This document shows, piece by piece, positions 13,205 to 27,901 of a stretch of 64,000 bases of DNA (within the stretch, counting starts at the first letter, position 1; each line of letters opens with the position of its first letter). The translations under genes were made by a program, and so were the position numbers. The notes under the pieces were generated by a model that was given only the letters and a program-made list of their open reading frames with translations, was not told the origin of the DNA and did no database searches. Where the stretch lies: the NCBI GenBank assembly GCA_002245135.1, contig NGBS01001160.1, positions 310,001 to 374,000 of the forward strand, read 5' to 3'. This DNA is from Proteromonas lacertae. Lineage: Eukaryota.

Positions 13205-14596
13205 TTACAATTCACCTTTACTATGATCATCTGCTTTAGTCTTCTTATTTCTTTTATTCTCTTTAGGTTTGCCTTTCTGGATCTTTGTTTCTTTTTCTTT
13301 TGTTTTTTCATCTATTTTCTTATTAACTTTATCATTTTCAACTGGTTTTACTTCATTTTCCTTCTCCTTCTTATTAATATTATCTTCATTCTTCAATGGT
13401 CTTACTTTATTCTCTTTCTTCACTTCATCATCATCATTATTTTTTACTGGTTTTTCTACATTTTGCTTCTTATTAACTTCATTAATCTTTTTTGGTTTTT
13501 CTTCTTCTCCTTTCTTCACTTCATTTTCTTCATTATTCTTCTTTGACTTTCTTGGTACAGGTATCTTCTCCTTTACTTCATTACCATCAGTAGTAGAAGT
13601 AGCATTTACACTTATACTGGTAGTATTAGTTGTAGCTTTAATATCACTCTTATTAATAGTTGAAGTAGTATTTGTTGTTTTCTTACTATTTCTATTGATA
13701 TAAATATCTTTAACACTCCTTGTTACATTATCCATTATATTAGCAAAATCTTCAGTTAAATCTGTCAATCCACTCTCTACATTCACATATATATCTCTTC
13801 CTCTATAATATAAATCATTTCTAATTATTCTTGCACATTCTGTAGAATTTATATCTTCACGATTATAACAATTTTCCTATTAATAAAAATAACAATATTT
13901 AAATATATACTAAATAATCATAAGTTACTCTACTTAATATAATTGATAATATAATTGTAGTAATCCAAAACAAACTTAATAACTTGAATGGGAATTTTAT
14001 TATTTTTATTATGGTAGAACAACATGATTTTTTATGAGATTTGTGTTTTTTTGATTGTTTTTGATCCTGTTGTGATAATCTTCTGCCTTCCATTGAGTGT
14101 TCACGAATTTCTGATAGTGGAATACTTAGGTCATCTTGTAGGAAAGAAGCTTCATATGAATCATCTACTAAATCGCTGAGAACTTCATCATCATCTTCTT
14201 CTTCTGATTGTTCAGCATCTAAATCTATTACATCCGAATTATTTTCATCATTACCATAATCAGAGTCAGTTTCTTCATCTTCCTTGTTTATCTTCTTCGT
14301 TAGGAATCACTATTATAACTATATTTTGCTCCAGATGGTGTTGCAAAAGATGAGTCTTCTTCTGCAATTGTTACATTAGCCTTTAAGGTAGATTCTTTGT
14401 TTTCTTTCTTTTCTTCACGTGTGAATTTACTTTTCCTATAGGGCTGAATAATGACGTTTGGTGTTATAAAAGGATTGAAGTTAGAACTAAAGGCAGTTTG
14501 ATGTCTAACAGGATTTGGTTGACTATATGCAATTGGATGATCATTATAAATCTGATTTTCTTTTTTTGAAGAAGTTAAATCTTCTATTCTCTTCAT
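13205..14596 (-). CDS. Hypothetical single-pass membrane protein with charged C-terminus ending KGEL
   Basis: ORFs 14300-14683, 13899-14093 and 13205-13786 link via a 1-nt frameshift near 14302 and an intron near 13878-13910. TM segment LLSLFWITTIILSIIL. Start codon uncertain. Confidence 0.6.
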
Positions 14597-14789
14597 TGAT
14601 GAATAAAAATGACAGTTATTATTTTTACCTCCAAAAACAAGCAAAGCTTGAATGGTATTACATAGTAAATGACATTTTGACATTCATTTTTCTTTTCAAA
14701 AAATGAAGGTGATAAAGAGTTCAATTTGTGGTAATGGGTATGAAATTAATATAAAATATGAATAATATGAATATAGATTATGTAGAGAG

Positions 14790-16863
14790 ATGGTTTCAAA
14801 AGGCTTGAGTGATTTGAAAGTGTTAATAGGTAAAGAAATAGTAGAAAGTATGAAATGTGTATTGATTAATGGAAATGAAACATTTAAGAAATTATTAGAA
14901 GATGAAAAATTTGAAGGAGAGTTAGTTTTATATGAAGGTTGTAGTGTAGAAGGATTTATGGAGATAGAGAAGTATTATAGTGGTGGATATATGGAATTGG
15001 TAGATGAAAATGTGATGGATGTTTTATTAATGAGTATTTATTACAATGACAGTGAAATAATGATTAATTGTATAAAATACATAAAGAATCATTTAAGTGA
15101 TGAAATAATATTAAGAATCTTGGATTTATATGATTTATTTAATAAAGAAGAGATTGGTGAATTAATAAAGATAAGTGAAGAATATTTGAAAGAAAATGGA
15201 TATAAATTTTTAAATAATGGTATGAGTTATAGTTATTTTTATTAATATTAAAATAGAAAGATTGTTATGCGAATTGAGAATAGAAAATCTAGAGATAATT
15301 TTAGAAAGTAGAGACTTGATAATAAAAAATGAAAATTGGTTGTTAAATAGATTAATGGAATGGTATGAAAATGAAGAGAAGAAAATGCAGAAAGAAGAAG
15401 AAAAGAAAGAACTAAAAGTAAAATTTCATAGATTGCTGTTAAAATCAGTTCATATTGACAATTTAAAGATAAATGAGATAGAACCAGGAATATTAAATCA
15501 ACTAAAAATGATAGATATGAGTGATTATTTAAAGGAAATTGATAATAGAGTTGATTATATGAATTTGAATAGTGAAGAATTGGATGATAAAAGAATAGAA
15601 GAAACAGTATTGAAATACTGTAGAAATGAAGAAGAAATGATAAATAAAGAAGATTTAAGATTGCTGAACAATGAAAAGATAATATCAATATTATTGAAGA
15701 ATGAGAATATTAGAATGAAAGAAATTGGATTATTAATAGTGATAGATAGTGAAAAAGATTATAAGAGTATATATAATTATATTCTTTTCTTTATTAAGAA
15801 TAGTATCAAAAAGAATAAAAAGAAATATACTACTTCAATTGGTTAATCAATATACAGAAAAGAGAAATAATCGAATAATCAAATGTTTTTGTTTATTTGT
15901 AGATGATAAAGAATCAATGTATACTATAAAGCATCTATGCGGAAAAGAAGTATTATATGAATTGTTGAATTACGATTGTTATTTTTCAAATAAATCCAGA
16001 AAGTTATTGATGAAATGTATAAACAGATTAAATAAATATGAGGAAGAAGAGGAAGATGAGGAGGAAATAATAAAAACATTTGAGGGAAAAGAAATCACTG
16101 AGTTTTCATATCCACAATCATTTTATTGTTTTTGTATTTATGAAGAAATCTCAATAATTCCTTCATTTGATGGAGATAAATGTGAATTTTCAATAAATCC
16201 TTCTTTACTTGATGGAATATTGTTAGATAAAGAAAGTGGAATAATTCATGGAAAAGTAGATAAAGAAATAGAAAAGAGAGAATATGAAATAAGTTGTAAA
16301 AATAGTCAAAATATAAAGAAAATCAGAATATCTATAGAATTTGAAGAAGTTCAATTTACAGAATTAAACAAAAGTGATAAAATATCAATCTCAAATAATG
16401 GAAAAGTAATAACAAATACAAATACAATTTATGGTTATAATCATTGTTATTTGAATTTGAAAATGGAAAGTGGTGTTTATCATATCAGATACAAATTCTG
16501 TCAAAATAATTTTAGTTGTATTTATATAGGATTATCAACTAATAATACATATTCTGGTGATTGTATTTTTAATCAATCAACAACATGTAATTATTATGCA
16601 AGTGAAGGTAAAAGTCAAGATATTACTAAATATTGTCATATTGGAAGAGTTGTTACTGAAAATCCAAATTTTAATATTACCTGGTAATGGTTCAATTTAT
16701 GATGTGATTGTTGATATGAATAAGAGAGAATTTTGGATAAGTCATAATGATTCATCTTCCTATTTTACTTGTTAAAGATTTACCTTCTCCAATATATTCA
16801 TATGCTGTTCCATTTTGGCATAGTACTTCAATTGAGTTATTATCTGTAACTTATCAGAATTAA
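14790..16863 (+). CDS. BTB/BACK-like + putative Ig (He_PIG-like) + SPRY-like protein
   Basis: BTB/BACK-like N-terminus (YYSGGYMELVDENVMDVL..; LESRDLIIKNENWLL..LMEWY), Ig-like FSINPSLLDGILLDKESGIIHG, SPRY-like GSIYDVIVDMNKREFWISHN. Two short introns. Frameshifts near 16680 and 16770. Confidence 0.65.
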
Positions 16864-16972
16864 TTAATGATTGATATATTTGATATATATTCTTATTTTG
16901 AGGTTGTTTTTAGTGTTTTTATTTTTGATCAAACAAGCATTCAAGCTTTTTCGAAGATTTTGTTCTTCTAAC

Positions 16973-18170
16973 ATGAATCAGGATAATCAAAATAAAAATC
17001 AAGATAAATTTGAAATTGGTAAAAGAATTTATACTGAAGAGTATGGAGGATCTAAACAAAGTTGGCTTAATTTCTTTGTTGCAAAGATTACTTTGAATAT
17101 AGTGTGTGGGTGGTTTCATATAATATTTTTATTGTTTGTATTTTCATTCTACAGCAAGATAGTCTTAAGTATATTTATTGCTGTCTATTTTATTAGCATT
17201 ATTCATTATCTTGGTAGGATCAGTATTTGTTAAACCCAAACTGCATTGGGATGCATTTATTAATAGTTGGATGTTTAAAACTTGGAGAGAATACTTCAAT
17301 TTGTATTTTATAATTATTATTAAACTCTTTTAGCTCATATGTTTTGTTAGAAAAATTTCCAAAAGGTGAACATGTTTTATATGCTGAATTTCCACATGGA
17401 GCGTATGTTTATAGAATTATTTAACAAACATAGTATTCCTTTAAGCTTAATGGTAACTCAAAGTATTTATGATGATTTACATGATATTCCATCACTTATA
17501 TCTTTTTTAAAGAATTACCATTTATAATAATATTTTCATTAATTTCTCTTTTAAGGAACAACAACTAAAAGTGCATTAATGACTCCCGGTTGGAGACATT
17601 TCTTCTCATGGTTAGGTTGTGTAGAAGCTAAGAAAGATGTAATTATTGATGCTTGTAGAGACTATTCACCAGCTATTGTAGTAGGAGGAATAGCTGAGAT
17701 GTTTGAACCACAACATGATTCTGAAAGAATTATTATTAAAAATAGATATGTATATATATCTATAATACTTATTATTATTATTAGGGTTTTGTACAATGTG
17801 CAATATTAGCAGGAGTACCCATTGTTCCAGTATATCACTTTGGACAAACACAAATGTTTCAATTTGGACCTCATTTCTTGCAAGGTATATCTCGTAAGTT
17901 ACAAACATCTATTGGTATTCATCATAATAAATATGGATTACCATTCCCATCACAAGTTGAATTAATGCCTGTAATTGGTAAAAGAATTATGGTTAAAAAA
18001 GTATATAATATAAATATAGTAAATAATCATATTAGATGAGTAAGGATGATGAAGGATTTAGAGAATATGTTCAGGAAATACATAATCAAGTTGTAGAACA
18101 ATTACAGGAAATGTATGATAAATACAAGACTATATATGGTTGGGAGAATAAACCTCTTATCATTGAGTAA
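16973..18170 (+). CDS. DGAT2/MOGAT-family acyltransferase
   Basis: AEFPHG, TPGWRHFFSWLG, VVGGIAEMF, VPIVPVYHFG. Multiple short introns, including a non-canonical one at 17498-17554. Confidence 0.9.
17498..17554 (+). other. Putative U12-type intron, AT-AA termini (57 nt)
   Basis: ATATCTTTT 5' site and TTTTCATTAAT branch-like sequence ~11 nt before the end. Removal keeps the frame and the normal PH..TP spacing of DGAT2 proteins; read-through hits TAA. Confidence 0.7.
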
Positions 18171-18328
18171 ATAGAAAGTATTAGTTAAAATACTCTTATC
18201 TTAATTCTGTTTTTGTTAGATTTAAAACTATAAATACATATACACTTCATTAATAATAAGGATATTTTTAAAGTATTAATTTTTATATATTACAAAATCT
18301 AAAATGGTTTTGTTATGAGTATCCACTT

Positions 18329-20009
18329 CTAATGATATTTTGGAGGTGCTACAACATCTTCAATACCATCCAAAGTAGAATTTCTTCTACCTCTCCCTCC
18401 TGAACCAGCAAAAGGATCTAATGAATCAAATGTAGATGGTACTCGATGAGGTTTAACATTAACAGGAGCTGCTGGAGTAGTATTCATTCCAGGAGCAACC
18501 ATATGTGGAGCACCCATTCTTACAAAATTATCTAATGGATCATAACTATTACTAACACCGCCAGCTGCATTATTCATTGACATACTCATACCTCCACCAT
18601 TCATTGACATACCACCACCACTATATCCTTGATTCATTGACATTCCTTGATTATAACCACCCATATTCATTCCTTGATTCATATTCATAGCACCACTACC
18701 TGGATATCCTTGATTCATGTTCATATTCATATTCATATTCATATTCATACCACCTCCACTATATTGTTGATACATCAATCTCTCAGCATCCATACTCGAT
18801 TGTCTTCTTCTTCCTCCTTTCTTAGTCTGTTTCACCATTCCAGGCATACAATATACATTTAGACTATCATATCCATTGGATTGTTGCATCGTCTCTGTCT
18901 TTGGTTTTGGAGCCATTGACATATTCATACCACCACCATTATTAACCATATTTATTCCTGGATAACCTGGTATTAACACTGGATTAATATTATCAATAAG
19001 TGATTCTAATCCTTGTTGTAACTCTGATGACTGTAATCCTTTATCTGGTACATCACTTATCATATCCATTAAATCATTTACATCAGTCTGCGGCTTTTCT
19101 TCTTCAGTTGGTTGATCAGTAAAATCGAAATTCATTAAATCAACATCACCTCCACTTTCTTCTTCTGGTGCTGGTGGTATAGATTCTGTTTCATCTGCTA
19201 CACTTTCAGTTTCTGTGTCTGTATCATTATCACTCACTGGTGTATCAACTACAGATGGTGGAGCTAGTTTTTTTACAACGGGAGCTGTTCGTCTTTGCAC
19301 TGGTTTAACTGGAGCTGGTCTAACTGGTACTACTTGTTGTTGTTGTGCAGCTGCAGCTGCAGCTGCATCTGCATCTGCTTTGGCTTTACTGGCCCTGTTC
19401 TTTTTATGTTGTCTATTCCATAATATTCTTTGGCTTGGAGTCATATTTGGTGGAGGTCTATCTTCTTCATCTTCCTCTTCTGCTTGTTGTGCTGGTGGTC
19501 TATCATTAATTTTTATTCCATCTATTGTATTAACTACTTTGGCATGACCTGTAGGTGGTGGTTCCATCTTTGAAGGAATTGGAGCTTCAGGATTAAATGT
19601 TGGATCTACCCATTGCTTTCTTTCATATTTAGCACGAATGAATTTTTCCAATTCTTCCATTGTACTTTGGTCAGTTGGTCTATTGAAAGTTGCTGGTAGT
19701 TTTCTTTCCCAGTAAGAATTTGCTTTTACATTACCCCATTTTTGCATTGTTTTTACTTCCTTTGCTGTCCAGGAATCTAAAGTGGTTGATCTGACAAAAG
19801 AGATGTGTACTCCGAGTTTTCTGTGTATACCTGAACATTTAATACATATAAAAACTCCTAAATTACTTGAAGCCCATCGAGGTGCTATAATATAACATAT
19901 AAGACTTACATTTTGAGTGACAGTCAGCACATAACCTATTTCCTTCTTGTTTTAGCAAGTCTTGTAGAATTTTTTTGAATTTATCTTGCAATGCTTTATC
20001 CTTATTCAT
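18329..20009 (-). CDS. ArfGAP (SMAP/AGD5-like) with Met/Asn/Gly-rich C-terminus
   Basis: CADC (exon 1) + PRWASSNLGVFICIKCSGIHRKLGVHISFVRS...FIRAKYE. One short intron near 19886-19910. Confidence 0.93.
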
Positions 20010-20105
20010 ACTACACAGATATCTTATTAAATAAATTCTATTAGATCTGTCAAATTGACCTGATCTTTTGTCAAATGTGGTAATTAGAACCACTCTTTTT
20101 TTAAT

Positions 20106-21862
20106 ATGGCTAATATGCAGCCGCAACAGCCTTATCAGAACCCATTAATGATGCAAAATCAGTAACAATTCTTATATTTATAGTATAGGACTGCACCACG
20201 TCCAATACTTATACCTCAGACAATAAACCCAAATGTCCCTATAAACAATAATCCAAATTTATATTTCCCTGTTCCATCACCTCAAGAACCAATTTTAAGG
20301 GGCAAATACTTCAGAGATGGTAAACTCGCACAATGGAGTGGATTTGTATGTTTTTTAAGTTTATTTTCATAGTGGTCAATGTCACCAGATCCTAATGATG
20401 CATGTGAATTTAAATATATATCAAAATCAACACTTCCTCTACCAAATCCACTTTATACTTCAACGTATATGATATTTGAATAAATTTAATATAGAAGTAT
20501 GCCAAACGAACCAATCACCGGAAGATATAGTGGATACTTCTATATCAGAAACAATGGTTTAGAAAAAATAATAGAACCTCATTTGCATATAATCTTCACA
20601 TTATCACCAACGCAACCTGGTATATACATAGTAGAGGGCTATGGAACTAATCGTTTCGGTTATTTCGTACTAAATGGTAATTACTGTGTGAAAACATATG
20701 ATTTAATATGTATAAAGAAATATACTGTTAAGCCATCGAAGAATACTAATTCATTATCTGTGAAGAGTATAAGATCATTAATGTACAATAAGAAAACAAA
20801 TGGACCACGTTCAATACCAAAAGAGATAATAATAATAAATGACAGTAGTAATACTAAAATAACAACTTCTGTAACAAGTAATAATCAATTACCATCATCA
20901 TCACAATTACAACAAAAACAACAACAACCATCTCAAGCACAATTAATAGATAAAACAGCTATTCCATTAAATTTAAATCCATTAGCAAGTTATTATCCAC
21001 TATTAGAATCATTATTTAAAGATACATTTTCCACTCCATTCCTATATCCATCAGATCCTAAGATGAATAGCCCTACTCAAAGGCCAATGGATTTAACTAC
21101 AATCAAATATAAGTTTCATCATGGTAAATATAATACATCAGATGACTTTGCAAATGATATAAGATCAATATTCCGTAGTATTTGTTCAACGCCACATATC
21201 CATCAAGGAATGTATATAAATTGTTTTATAATTTATTTTATTTTTTTAATAATAGTTATTTAATGGCTGATACTCTTCTAAAAGAATTTGATAAATCATA
21301 TTCAAGGATCAAAGCATCAGAACAGTCATTACTATTAGCTCAAAAGCGTGCTGCTGAAGAACAATCTTTACCTTCACCTCTCTCTACAAACTCAATAACT
21401 TCATCAACTAGAACATCTAAAAGATTATCAAAGAAAAAAAAGATCAATATTTCTAGTATTGAGAATATTAATGAAAATGAAATTATCTATTATAATCCAA
21501 CTCCTTCAGATGATGAAATAATTGCATCTAATGATCTGATGGATGTTAGTACAAATAGATTGAATGCTTTAGATTGTTTAATGAGTAAGTCTTTTCCTAA
21601 TAAGAAAGATATAACAGATCAAGAGTATGAGAATTTAAAGAACGGTCTAAAGAAACTAACTAGACCAGAAGATAGATCTTTGGCTTATCAGTTGTTAATA
21701 GAAGACCCTTATTATGAAGATAAGCGTAATGAGCCAAATATTAAGTTTCAATTAAGAAATTTGGATATAACTACTTTGTTAGAATTACACGAATTTTTGA
21801 AAAATGTTTCAATGAGAAGTATTAATGTTCAACAGATCCGTAAGAAAAACGTCTCTATGTAG
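20106..21862 (+). CDS. BET-like protein: divergent bromodomain + extra-terminal (ET)-like domain
   Basis: PF..P..RPMDLTTIKYK..GKY....FANDIRSIF. C-terminal IKFQLRNLDITTLLELHEFL. Several ~27-45 nt introns. Confidence 0.72.
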
Positions 21863-21960
21863 TGTTGATAGTTTATTTTATTTGTTTTATATATGTTTTG
21901 ATTGTTTTACAATCCATTTTTCAAATAGTGTTTGACTACGGTTTGAGACAACGGATTGAA

Positions 21961-24861
21961 ATGTTTTATTTTTATCGATTTCTGGTTGTAATAATAGGAA
22001 TATCATCTGTATTTTCTGCTAACTGGGCAGAAATAAGTGGATCATATGGTCAAAACGTAGCAATTCCTGCCTCTAGTGTTTTCATGCCAAGATCAGGAAG
22101 TGCTGCTGTAGTAATTCCAAAAACACCTCGACCACCTGGAGATAGAAGTGATTCTGATGAATATTATGATAGAGTGTTTTTATTAGGTATATTTCTTATA
22201 ATATTTGTTTCTAGGTGGAGATACATATGATGAAACTACTCTTGAGGGTGATTACACTAATGATGTATTTTATACAAGAGGAAAACAATGGCACATTTAT
22301 CAAAGTCGAATTGAAAAGAATCAATGGGGAGAAAACATGCCAAAAATTGTATCATATGCCCAATGGAAATTGGTAAGTTCCAATAGTTATGTCACACTTG
22401 GATTATCATATGATGACTTAATATCTTGTTTTGCTGAAACTACCTTAGAAAGACCAGAAATACCACTAGGTAATTGTACAGCCACTAAACATATAAGAAG
22501 AACAGCAGCATGGTTACCAAGAAGAGATGGAACTGCTGTTTATTATAAAGATTATGTATATTTTTTTATTAGATTTATTTTGTATAGATATATCTAATGG
22601 GTGGAAGAGGCAGAGGAGGTGAAGACATGCCCAAAGGTTGGGAATATACCCACGGTGGCTTTTACAATGCAAATTTTGGTGATCATAAAATATGGAGAGA
22701 AGAAACACGATTATTGAATGATGTATGGAAGAGTAAAGATGGTAGACAGTGGGAATTAGTAACTCAAGGATGTCATGTAGTAACTAAAGACTTAGTATAT
22801 GGTCCAGGAGATAATACAACACAATGTATTACTAATAATCAATGTAAAGGTAATTCAGAATGTTTAACATTAAGTAATGGTAGTAGACAATGTGTATGTA
22901 AAATGTGGAGTAAAAGAGAAGGTATGTTTAGTATAGTTTATAATGATTATATTTGGGTATATGGTGGTATGACCCAAGTACAGAAACATGTCTGTGGTAA
23001 TAGAACGTGTGGTGGTGATTATAGGAAGTATATGAATGATATATGGAGATCAGATAATGGATATGAATGGGAATATATGGGAAATGCACCTTGGTTGCCT
23101 AGAGCTGGACATAGTGTGGTAATTCATAATGAATTATTGTATTTGATGGGTGGAATTACTGGTGATGATGAGTATAAATATTATATATATATATATATAT
23201 TGAATATATAGTGATGTTGATAATGATCATTTCTTAAATGATTTTTGGGTAAGTGAAAATGGTGTAAATTGGACTGAAATTATCACTCCTCATTCATATA
23301 CACCTCGAGCATATTTTGGTGCTGGTTCTACCTATGGTTTCTTGTATATTTATCATTATTAATAATATATTGATATTAGAGTATTAGCTGCAGGTCATAC
23401 TGATAATTTAAAGCCATTAAGAGATGCATGGGTATGGGATTCAGAAGATTGGGTTCAAGATTATGGTAATGATACTTTTGGTGAATATTATTTAGCTCCT
23501 TATGATGATATAGAAAGAATGCAATCATTGACTACTGAAGAGTATAAGTACTTACACAGTGAAGGAGTTAATACAATAGAACAATTGGCAAGAATATCAT
23601 TAGATAAAAGTAATATATTAATGGAGAAAATTCCTACAATTTGTGATGAAAAGACTAAAGCATATCGTATAGTAAAACAATGTTCATTAAATAAACAAAG
23701 TTATGATGGTGAATCAATGCAATATTGGGATGCTAAAGTAGTTACTGATGCTTATGTATCAGTCGATGATTATGATGTATATGAAAGACAGAAAAGAGAA
23801 AGATTAAGTTTTGAAATGAGTGATAATCAATGTCTATATCCTTTCATTATTATTATTAATATATATATTTAGTATATTCTTTAATTTTATCTTTTTTTTT
23901 TACAGTCACTGATGAAGAAAGAGATATGTATGGTTTATCACCAATTAATGATATTAAAACAGCACCAATAGATACAGTATGTAAATGGCAATTCTCATCA
24001 AGATCACATGTAGTTGGCGTTGTATTGAATGATGATTTATATGTAATTGCTGGATATAAAGGACATGGATTAGGTCCTTCCAATTCAGTGTGGTATAGAC
24101 GTATGTATTATTCTAATTAACATTTGTATAGAACATAAACCACCAAAAGGTCAGTTCACTAAAACACCTCGTAATAAACATGGTGACCATATATTCCAAT
24201 TCAAATGTGATGAAGATGCTTGTTTGTATGAATATAGAATGTGGAAAATGAAGAATGGAAAGTTTGATAAATATATAAGACAATGGACTGTTACTGTGTA
24301 TATATATAATATAATATATTTATAAATTAATTAATATATAGTGATACACTTGATTTTTCAGATTGGGATCTTGATCGAGGAGATTATCACTTTGAATTTA
24401 GAGCAATTGACGCTTCAGGTAATAAAGATACATGTCCAGATGATTGTATATTAGGAAGAACATATTATGAATGGACTTATGTACCTCCTTTCCCATGGTG
24501 GTGGATATTAGTAGCTTTAGCTATAGTTATAGTTTTACTAATGCTCTATTATTGTTACGTTAGATATAGACAAAGAAATGAAGCTTTACAAAGATATGCA
24601 TTAAGAAGATTAAAACCAAGATTTGAAAGGATGCAGAAAGAGAAAGGTGGAGATGCTTTGGATTGGGATGAATTTAGAGATACTGCAAAAGAGATTGCTG
24701 CAGAGAAGTTGGTTGATCCTGCTGTAGAAGAAAGAAGAGCAAATGCATTGTATGATGAACTAACTCCAGAAGAAATAGCAAGACGAAAACAGATGGAAGA
24801 AAGAGAAAGAATGGTAATAGCTAAAAATACACATCCAGTTTTACCTTTAAAAATAACATAA
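21961..24861 (+). CDS. Type I membrane protein with Kelch/galactose-oxidase-like repeats and a Cys-rich segment
   Basis: Signal peptide, repeats such as PRAGHSVVIHNELLYLMGG and NDVWKSKDGRQW, TM segment WWILVALAIVIVLLML, cytoplasmic tail. Many short introns. Confidence 0.8.
23836..23903 (+). other. Putative U12-type AT-AC intron (68 nt)
   Basis: Perfect ATATCCTTT 5' site, TTCTTTAAT branch-like sequence, ends TAC. Splicing gives CT|A (Leu) in frame with ORF 23926. Confidence 0.82.
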
Positions 24862-24969
24862 TATTATTTATTCTTTATATATGTAATATTTTTTATTTTC
24901 TCATAAACAGAAACAAATTTAATAATTAAAATTTTAAAGTCAAAATACTTTTTATTAAAAATATATATT

Positions 24970-27833
24970 CTATAATCTTCTTGCTGGAGAACTATTTGAC
25001 ATTCTACGAGGAAGATAATGTTCATTACTTATTAATGATAATTTGTAATTATAAGCTTCTTCTAAATCAAGAGCTTTCTGTAATCTGGCTTTAATAATAG
25101 GAACAATTGAAGCTAATAATGGTGTGATATTCTCATATGAAACAAGACGTTTGGGACATTCTAATTCACAGCATTTGTATAACTGACACAAATACATATA
25201 AATATCTTCCAATACACTTTTATTCTTGCTTTCTTCAGCTGTAGATCTTAATGAAGATAGAGATTTTGATTTGTATTGTTTAACCATAATATGATATGAT
25301 TTTAATAAATCTTCATACTTCTCTTGATAGTATTTAGTATTCTATCAACAATATAATAACAGAATAATATAATATAGTATATACCTCTTGTAATTCATTG
25401 ATATATTTTTCATCTTTTTTAATTTGAATCTTTAAATCTTCATTTTCATCAGTTACACTATTCAATTTTATCTTTTGAATTGTTGGACTTAGCGTTTTAC
25501 CAGTTTGATTAATACTACTCTTTGTTGTTGATCTTAATTGAGTTTTTAAATCATCATTTTCATCCTTTATTATTGATAATTGGTTTATTTTCTTGATCAA
25601 TTTTGAGAGTGTTACTTTCATTTCATCTTTCTCATGTGTAAACTCTTGAATTTGATTCTTCAAATTCTCATTCTCTTTCATTAATTCTTCTTTTTCTTTA
25701 CTATCTTTTACTATTTTACCTTTTTTCTCCATTGTATCATCATCATCATCATTATTTTCTTCTTCTTCTTCACCTTCATTCTCTGAAATGATTTGTTGTT
25801 GTTGTGGTGGTTCATCATTACTATTGCAGTATAATTCAATAACACCATTATATTTCAATTTCAAATCTTCATATTCAAGATGTAAACTGGCTAATTCATT
25901 CTTTAATTGATTATTCTCTTCCATTTTTACATCCAATAAATTACTCATTTTTTCATTTCTCTTTTGGAATAAAGATACTTTTTCCAATAACACTTCCATT
26001 TCACTATCTCTACTTTGTTTGAAGATTGGAGAACTTGTTTCTATTGCATGATTTAATCCACTATAATATCTTTGAAGTTTCTCTAATTCATCTTTAATAG
26101 TTGTATTTTCATTGCGAAGTGAAAGAATAATATTCTATATATATTAACAATTATTATTATACTTTATATTCTTTTTCTTCATAATCATAAATATTCTTTA
26201 ATCTCATATGTTCTTCACCCAATTTTTCATTTTTTTCTCTTTCATCTCTTAATTGTGTATAACACTTCTTCAATTCTTCGTTTAATGATAATATATTCAT
26301 CATCTCATCATGTTGTATATCTCCATTAAATCCATTTCCTTCTGGTGATGATTGAGTTGTTGTATTGGGAGATAATGTTAATAACTGTTGTTGTTCTAAC
26401 TGTTTAGGTTTAGGTTGGATTTGTTGTTGTTGCTGGATTTGTTGAAGTTGTTTCTAACAATTACAAATATATAATAATAATAATTGATACATTTAATTGA
26501 GTATTGATATTATGTAAATTAGTAATTGTTTGTTCTTTAATCAGCAATTGTGATGATATTTCATTAATTGTAGTTGTCAAATGTTTCTAAATCAATAAAT
26601 CAATAAAAATAACAAATACATTCTGTTGTTCTAAATCTTTAATATGACACTGATGAACACTTTCTTCTAATTGATTTTCATCTCGAGATAAATCACTTGT
26701 ATTGGTTGTAAAACTATTATCTTGTTGTAGTGACTGTATCTGAAACTCTAATTCAGCTTGAATATTCTATTATATATATATATATAATAATAATAATAAT
26801 ACTAGTAATTCAGATATCTTATTCTCATTTTGGTTATTCATTTCTTCCAATTCTTTTATTGTTTGATTTTTCTCTTCTATTATCTTCTATTTTATATATA
26901 TATATATAAATATAAATATAAATATATAAATATATACATCAGATTTAACATCTACATGTTGTTTCAATGTTATTACTTGTTCTTGCAATTCTCTTATTCG
27001 TATATTATCTTTAGCAATAATATCGGATATTTGTTGCTTTAATTTATCGATTTCAAGTTCATAATCGGATGATATTCTTTCTACCTTTGCTTCAAATTCT
27101 CTCTACAATAATTATAATATTTATATACTTGCACAGTTTGACGGTAATTGAATAAATCCGTTTCTGATACTTTTTGATTCATTGGTTGGTGATGATGTTC
27201 TAGAATAATCATGTAATGTTTTGTTTAGCCTTTGATTCTCAATTTCTAATGATTCATTTCTCTTTTGAAGTTCTTGTACTAATTACATAATAAAATGTGA
27301 TATAAATATACATTGTTTTTTGGTTTTGTTTAATTCCATTTTTAGATCCAAATTCTCAGCATGAAATATTTGCAACAACTTTGTTTGTGATTCTCTAGAA
27401 TGATATTCTACCATTTTCCAACACGGCTAATATTTATATATAAACTCGTTCAATATACGAGCACTAGATGAACTTTCAAATGATAATCTTCCTATAATAA
27501 ATAAAAAATTCAAACAATACTTGCTTGATCTTCACCTGGAGTAGTATTTACCTAATGTAATATGATATAATAATACCGATGGTCTTGCTTTTGTTTCTGA
27601 ACAACTTCTATTAATTGGCTTTGATAAACGAATATCTGAAGGTTTAATTGAAGGTGCTGCATAGCTGTTTAAAATAGCTACAGAATGATACATAAATATA
27701 ATATACACTCAGGAGAGTGGATTGTATTATCTAAATTAACAGCTCTCATTCTCAATTGATTAGCAAATATTTTATCATCCATAGTAACTGTTGCTAAATA
27801 ATCATATAGAAAAAAGATACATTGGTTATTCAT
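24970..27833 (-). CDS. Long coiled-coil protein, many short exons
   Basis: ATG at 27833 followed by about 13 GT-AG introns. E/K/Q/L-rich heptad exons include ORFs 25334-25999 and 24970-25287. Confidence 0.7.
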
Positions 27834-27901
27834 CAACAAAAACAAAAAAAAATAAGTGACTAAGTCAAAATGTCAATAAAAGGTATTAAAAATTAAAAAT
27901 G

